A stretch of 64,000 nucleotides of DNA from a virus. This document shows, in pieces, positions 61,969 to 64,000 of the stretch. The notes under the pieces were generated by a model, which was not told where the DNA came from, ran no database searches, and saw only the letters and a list, made by a program, of their open reading frames with translations. The DNA lies in the IMG/VR virus record IMGVR_UViG_3300025274_001348, positions 1 through 64,000 of that record, one strand, 5' to 3'. The position numbers and the translations under genes were made by a program. The first letter of the stretch is position 1; the number at the start of each line of letters is the position of its first letter.

Positions 61969-62059
61969 CTCATATTTAGTGTATAATACTACATGTCGAC
62001 AAGAGTTATTCACAACGGCCCACCCCCTCTGGGTGAAGAAGAAAAGAGAGTCAACGAAG

Positions 62060-62422
62060 ATGAAGCAGCCACCGATAGGAATTACAACCAAAGGATCTGT
62101 CGTCAATGTTGTTGACGGCGATACGTTGGACGTAGAAGTAACAAGAACTATCAGAGTGAGACTTAAAGATTGTTGGTGTCCTGAAACAAGAACCAGAGAT
62201 TTAGAAGAAAAGAAAAAGGGGCTAGCGGCCAAGGCTCATTTAAATGGGCTTTTAGAAGACAGCAAAGATGTAGTTTTATTTATCCCGGCAGATTCAGACG
62301 GTGACATAAAAGACGTGTTCACTCTGAATCGAGTGCTGGGATATATTTTTATAGATTCCGAAAATGTCTCGTCCAGAATGGTCACAGATGGACATGCAAC
62401 CATAAGAAAAGAAAAAAAGTAG
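62060..62422 (+). CDS. thermonuclease (SNase) family protein
   Basis: VVDGDT, IRVRL..CWCPE, RVLG. Confidence 0.85.
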   Translation: MKQPPIGITTKGSVVNVVDGDTLDVEVTRTIRVRLKDCWCPETRTRDLEEKKKGLAAKAHLNGLLEDSKDVVLFIPADSDGDIKDVFTLNRVLGYIFIDSENVSSRMVTDGHATIRKEKK

Positions 62423-62429
62423 GAAGAAA

Positions 62430-64000
62430 ATGTCATTGAACGAATTGCAAAATTACACGTTTGTTAGTAAGTACGCGAGATGGATTCCAGAAAAGAAAAG
62501 AAGAGAAACTTGGAAAGAGTCAGTTGATAGAGTAAAAAATATGATGTATGCTAAATATCCCGAAGTGAACGGGGAAATAGAATGGGCATACGATCTAATG
62601 CACAAGAAACGTGTGCTAGGCTCTCAAAGAGCTTTACAGTTTGGAGGAAAGCCAATCTTTAAGCACCATGCTAGAGTCTACAACTGCATTGCTTCTTATG
62701 TAGACAGGCCAAGATTCTTTCAAGAATGTATGTATCTTTTACTATGCGGGTGTGGCGTAGGATTTTCGGTTCAAAAACACCACGTAAAGAAGCTACCAAA
62801 TATTATTATCAAAAAGAACGGTACAAAAAAATATACAATACCCGATACTATTGAGGGGTGGTCTGACGCAATTGGCGTTTTGGTTAGTAGCTACTTTGTT
62901 GATGACAAACTGTTTCCTGAATACGAAGGAAAGAACGTAAACTTTGATTTTTCTGAAATCAGACCCGCTGGATCTTATCTTAGTTCCAGTTCGGGAAAAG
63001 CTCCCGGCCCAGAGCCACTTAAAAAAGCACTCACTAATATTAAGAAGGTTTTAGACAGGGCTATAAAAGAATCGGAATTCGGCATAAAGAAATTGGAGCC
63101 AATACATGTCTACGACATTGTTATGCACGCTGCTGATGCTGTTATCTCTGGTGGTGTACGCAGAAGTGCTACGATCTGTGTTTTTTCTCCAGATGACCAA
63201 GACATGGCGATGGCGAAGACTGGTAACTGGTTTCACGATAATCCTCAACGTGGCCGTTCTAACAATTCTGCTTTACTCCTACGTGATAAAACCACTCCTA
63301 AACAGTTCTCCGGGTTGATGCAGTCAGTAAAGGAGTTTGGAGAGCCGGGTTTTGTGTGGTCAGATTCCACAGAGTTAATTGTGAACCCGTGTGTGGAGAT
63401 TGGGTTGTATCCTGTTGATGAAGAAACAGGTAAGACAGGATGGCAAGCATGTAATCTCAGTACCATTAATTGTGCAAAAGTTAACACCAAGAAAGAATTT
63501 TTTGAATCTTGTCGCGCTGCTGCAATTATTGGAACGCTTCAGGCCGGTTTTACTGATTTACCATATTTAGGAGAGATCAGCGAGAGAATTTTCCGACGAG
63601 AAGCCCTATTGGGCGTTTCCATGACCGGGATTATGGAACAGCACGAGCTTTGTCTCGATCCTGAAATCCAAAAAGAAGGCGCTAGGGTTATCAAAAAAAC
63701 AAACAAGGAATTTGCTGCTAAGATCGGAATCAATCCGGCGGCTAGAACTACTTGTGTCAAACCTGAAGGCACTGCCAGTTGCATCCTTGGTACTAGTAGC
63801 GGCATACATCCCCATCATGCTAAGCGTTATATACGACGTGTACAAGCTAACAAGATGGAGAATATTTATCAGCACTTCAGGAAAACAAACGAAAGAGCTT
63901 GTGAAGAATCAGTTTGGTCAACTAATGGCACAGACGACGTAATCTCTTTCTGTATAGAAGTACCAGATGGGTCAAAGCTGAAGAATAAAATTGGAGCCAT
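62430..64000 (+). CDS. nrdJ: class II (AdoCbl-dependent) ribonucleotide reductase, partial (runs off window)
   Basis: Hand translation: SKYAR…RETW, YNC, GCGVGF, GGVRRSA, GEPG, NPCVEI, CNL, KPEGT; absent from ORF track because there is no stop in the window. Confidence 0.9.
   Translation, partial: MSLNELQNYTFVSKYARWIPEKKRRETWKESVDRVKNMMYAKYPEVNGEIEWAYDLMHKKRVLGSQRALQFGGKPIFKHHARVYNCIASYVDRPRFFQECMYLLLCGCGVGFSVQKHHVKKLPNIIIKKNGTKKYTIPDTIEGWSDAIGVLVSSYFVDDKLFPEYEGKNVNFDFSEIRPAGSYLSSSSGKAPGPEPLKKALTNIKKVLDRAIKESEFGIKKLEPIHVYDIVMHAADAVISGGVRRSATICVFSPDDQDMAMAKTGNWFHDNPQRGRSNNSALLLRDKTTPKQFSGLMQSVKEFGEPGFVWSDSTELIVNPCVEIGLYPVDEETGKTGWQACNLSTINCAKVNTKKEFFESCRAAAIIGTLQAGFTDLPYLGEISERIFRREALLGVSMTGIMEQHELCLDPEIQKEGARVIKKTNKEFAAKIGINPAARTTCVKPEGTASCILGTSSGIHPHHAKRYIRRVQANKMENIYQHFRKTNERACEESVWSTNGTDDVISFCIEVPDGSKLKNKIGA

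Noticed and set aside
62430-64000. Apparent ORF-poor right end with short ORFs in the track
   Set aside because: Occupied by nrdJ, which lacks a stop within the window; the short ORFs are off-frame.

Overview
This window looks like part of a large (jumbo-type) dsDNA bacteriophage genome. Almost all genes are on the + strand, and it carries rIIA/rIIB, a class II ribonucleotide reductase running off the right end, dCMP deaminase, two sigma-70-like factors, tRNAs and a tmRNA. A Tat-signal DUF1501 gene suggests a Planctomycetota (PVC) host; this is an inference. There are three zones. (1) 1-13.0 kb is visibly GC-richer and resembles an early region. It is built from about 10 modules, each bounded by a conserved GGT(A/G)AAAC-hairpin element with covarying stems, often followed by an ATTGAGA-N5-TCTCAAT operator and a consensus promoter with a GYCGATAA spacer. 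Every module ends in either a 19-36 aa single-TM micropeptide or a structured/tRNA-like RNA. Cargo includes three hyper-acidic paralogs, Gp88-like and DUF932 proteins and two long candidate ncRNAs sharing a 36-nt motif. (2) 14-18 kb holds tiny ORFs chained by a repeated TTGAAGATGAGT stop/start junction. (3) 18-64 kb is AT-richer and has an unusually large auxiliary metabolic set: beta-oxidation enzymes with a split FadB/J, aldolase, GuaC, GlmS plus GNA1, a Lys/Arg catabolic operon, IscA and glycosylation enzymes. It also has tRNA-Ile(UAU), an atypical D-armless tRNA-Arg(UCU), secreted proteases and putative virion proteins. All family calls come from motif recognition by eye; no searches or folding programs were run.
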